Shown piece after piece: positions 61,162 to 64,000 of a stretch of 64,000 nt of DNA; positions within the stretch are counted from its first letter, which is position 1; every line of letters starts with the position of its first letter. The notes under the pieces are model-generated. The model saw only the letters and a program-made list of their open reading frames with translations, was not told the DNA's origin and searched no databases. The position numbers were made by a program, and so were the translations under genes. Source of the stretch: Tubiluchus corallicola (Eukaryota > Animalia > Priapulida); the NCBI GenBank assembly GCA_030141605.1, contig JAQGDQ010000117.1, positions 124,001 to 188,000 of the forward strand, written 5' to 3'.

Positions 61162-62261
61162 TGTAAGGTGACTTAAATCTATATATCGTATAGATTGAAT
61201 TTAATATGTCCGCTTAATTTCTTATTGCTATAAGGTGAATCTTTCACCTGACTCCGAGAGCTTTGGATATCAGTCTAGTAAGCAATGATCGTCTTATCTA
61301 AACTTCACCTTGACCTTCGCGTTGTGAGAAAGGTCTATATCTCTCAAGTTTCCTAGCTACGCTCCCGCAATATGAGCGATAGTTAATTCAAAGCGAACTA
61401 ATCAGATTCGTATATCGGAAATAGTGTTGCTTGAGTTAAACACTCTGATAACATACATTAACTCAATCGTTAAATGTCAAAGAGAATTGCTTTATTGATT
61501 TACAATAATTACTGCTTATATATAGCTTACAAGATTTAGTCCTTAAGCGCTTTTGACGCGTACAACTATTTTGATAGCTTTCCAAAAGTATCTCTCTGAA
61601 CAATTCTTCAATTCCTATCACCTAAAGTGTACACTTTACACTTATCCTCACTATAGTACAATGTGAACTTATGCGAACTACCGATATGCACAGTTAATTC
61701 TCAGTTTACCAATATGTTAAGATTACTTAACTCTGCGGATTGACCCAATGTACCCAGTACAATTTGGTCAACTCCGATAGCTGATATAAGACTTCTCGTT
61801 GCCCAGTGCCTAGAGTATCCTAGGAACGCAGAAAGATGTCTACGCTGAACTTCCAGAGTCGTCTCGTCTGTCGAATAGCCCTCTTCGTGTGATTTCCCGT
61901 ACACACAGCACGTGTCTTGTTCCAGTACGTTCGAGAGGTACTGGCTGGAACTAGCGCTGGGTTATTCGAACCCGTGGCTTATATTTCATTGAAGTAACCT
62001 TGCAGTAACCTTGCACGATTTCAACGTCGCATGAAGTATCAAAATTTATGGGACAATTCAGAGGACGTAGTCATTATATGCCCGTAAAACGTATCCGTCT
62101 TCTTTCTTCAAGAAACAATGACCTCGCAGAGTTTTCGTTAATTACTAGCAATTTGTGCATATCGCTCATTATAAACGGTACATCCGTCTCAACTTAATGT
62201 TAGCTAATTATCCTAAGCATCTTAGAGTGTCCTGACGTAAACGCTAAATTTACTTCTTACA
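61162..62261 (-). mobile_element. possible solo LTR
   Basis: Termini TGTAAG...CTTACA. On the minus strand a TATA-like AAATATAAG (~61980) precedes AATAAA (~61493). No TSD found, so this call is weak. Confidence 0.3.
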
Positions 62262-63444
62262 ACCTACTGTGTTTACAGTTCATTAAATGCGAGCTTTTCA
62301 GCTGAGTGAGTTTCTTATTGCACCCTCTGTAAATTTATTCATGCAATCAGGGAGGCAGGCAACTTTATACCAAAAATATCGAAAATCATCGATTTATAAA
62401 TTTATTCACCACAATACATAATAAAAGATAACGAACAAATTTTAATACATAGTAACAAAATCTGCACGCATTATGCACAATGAAATAAACATAATTACCA
62501 ATTCTAATGCAATTACACATAATCATGAATAAAAAAGAGCAGTATATTGAAAACACGACATGCGTTGTACAATTTGATCATCAACACACTGTTTATATAC
62601 GGGCGAAAGACGTAGATTTGGAGAGATAAACGGGAGATAAGATTTGCAAAAGTAATTGTAGCACTCTTATCTCGGCTAGGGAAAACATAATTGGCATCTA
62701 ACGTAGGCAGAGTGCTAATAAAAATCATTTCTTTTGGTTTTGTGATATGATTTGGTTTTGACTTTTAAAGTTCTAGAGACAACTTGCACAGCAGTGAAAT
62801 TTTGCTTGTAAACTAAACCGTGACCAGGTTACGTTTACATAAAGTTTTGTGATTTATAGAAAGCTATACACACGAGGGTTATGAAACGTACTGAAATTCA
62901 ACACACTTTCACCCCAACCAATATGAGTTCAGATGCTTTCCATAGCCTCGCTTCTACCGATAACTCCTCCACAACTGAAAACTCTACAGCACGCGTAGAA
63001 CTTGAGTAAAACTAAAGTAGACTGTTAATTGCTACAGCATTTCATTTTTTATTACTCTCTATTTATTTTAATAGAGTGCATTGCAAATATTGTCACAGTT
63101 GTTTCGTCTCCAATACTGCACTCTCGTACTTCCTCCTTTGCAATTTGGCCATTGGTGACGGGTTTGTGGCTGTTGGTACTGTTTGTTATGGTATTAATAA
63201 TTTGGAGCCCATGCAGTTGTACTTCATGCAGTTGGCTTGAATTAATTCATGGTTACCTACTTTTAAATTAAATAGTGCATTCTCATTTTATGGTATGTTC
63301 CTTCCCTTATACATGTATAACTTTTTTATAGTTGGTTCACGACATATCGTGTGCAGCACTTTCATATAATTTAAAGTTCTAGAGGTATGTTTCTCTTTTC
63401 TTCCTTAAATCAAAGCACATTGTGTTAGCTTAACATTTACAGTA

Positions 63445-63554
63445 TATGTACGTATGAATATGCATATATTCATGTATATATGCATGTACGTATGTTTGTC
63501 TTTATATCTACATAGTTATGTGTATATAAGTGTATGTATATGTGTATGGTCATA

Positions 63555-63612
<58 letters not shown>

Positions 63613-63810
63613 CGCGCGTGCGTGCGTGCGTGCGTGTGTATTGCAGGTACCTATGTTTGTCTTTATATCTACACAAAGTTATGTGTATATATCTGCATGC
63701 AGGTGTATGTATATGTGTATGGTCATATACATATGTGTGTGCGTGTGCGTGTACATGTGCGTGCGTGTGCGTGTGTGTGTGCATGCATGTGCGTATGTAT
63801 ATGTGATATA
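63445..63810. repeat. (TG)n/(TGCG)n microsatellite within a ~160-bp duplicated unit
   Basis: TATGTTTGTCTTTATATCTACA and GTGTATGGTCATATACAT each occur twice, each followed by TG runs. Confidence 0.85.
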
Positions 63811-64000
63811 CTAACCTTACTAACCCTAATTTACATACACCTTATCCATCACTACATAAATTCTCTACATTCATTTTATCCAACTGCCAATTTGAAATGC
63901 GTTTACAAAAAATATATCTTTGTAAAGTAATCCCTATTGGCAATGTGTAGTCAACTAATATCTAGCAGCAGTAGTAACAGTATATCTAACGGGTGGTGGT

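Noticed and set aside
63454-63930. Cys/Val-rich and His/Thr-rich ORFs
   Set aside because: They are translations of (TG)n/(TA)n simple repeats.

Overview
AT-rich eukaryotic genomic DNA from an invertebrate animal; the taxon cannot be fixed from sequence alone. Five protein-coding genes can be assembled by hand with phase-consistent GT-AG introns. (1) An intronless peroxisomal acyl-CoA oxidase ACOX1 ending in SKL (+). (2) A 6-exon NADP(H)-type RDH11/12/13-like short-chain dehydrogenase (+). (3) A 2-exon CD164/TMEM123 (porimin)-family sialomucin (-). (4) A 7-coding-exon inhibitor of apoptosis with 3 BIR domains, UBA and RING but no CARD (-). (5) A 3-coding-exon globin with an MGC acylation-type N-terminus (globin X-like) (+). 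Between and inside the genes lie degenerate non-LTR retrotransposons (one nested in another, one embedded in a (CT)n microsatellite), several non-autonomous DNA transposons, some with intact TIRs/TSDs (hAT 8 bp, hAT5-like 5 bp, Tc2/pogo TA, Kolobok-like TTAA, Harbinger-like), a 59-bp minisatellite, tandem duplications and long microsatellites. The most notable points are the IAP-porimin/CD164 adjacency that mirrors human BIRC2-TMEM123, a globin that lacks the near-universal B12.2 intron and has a CD-loop intron plus a Cys-Pro-containing tail, a candidate TC-microsatellite-targeting LINE, and the intronless ACOX1. No rRNA, tRNA or CRISPR was recognised.
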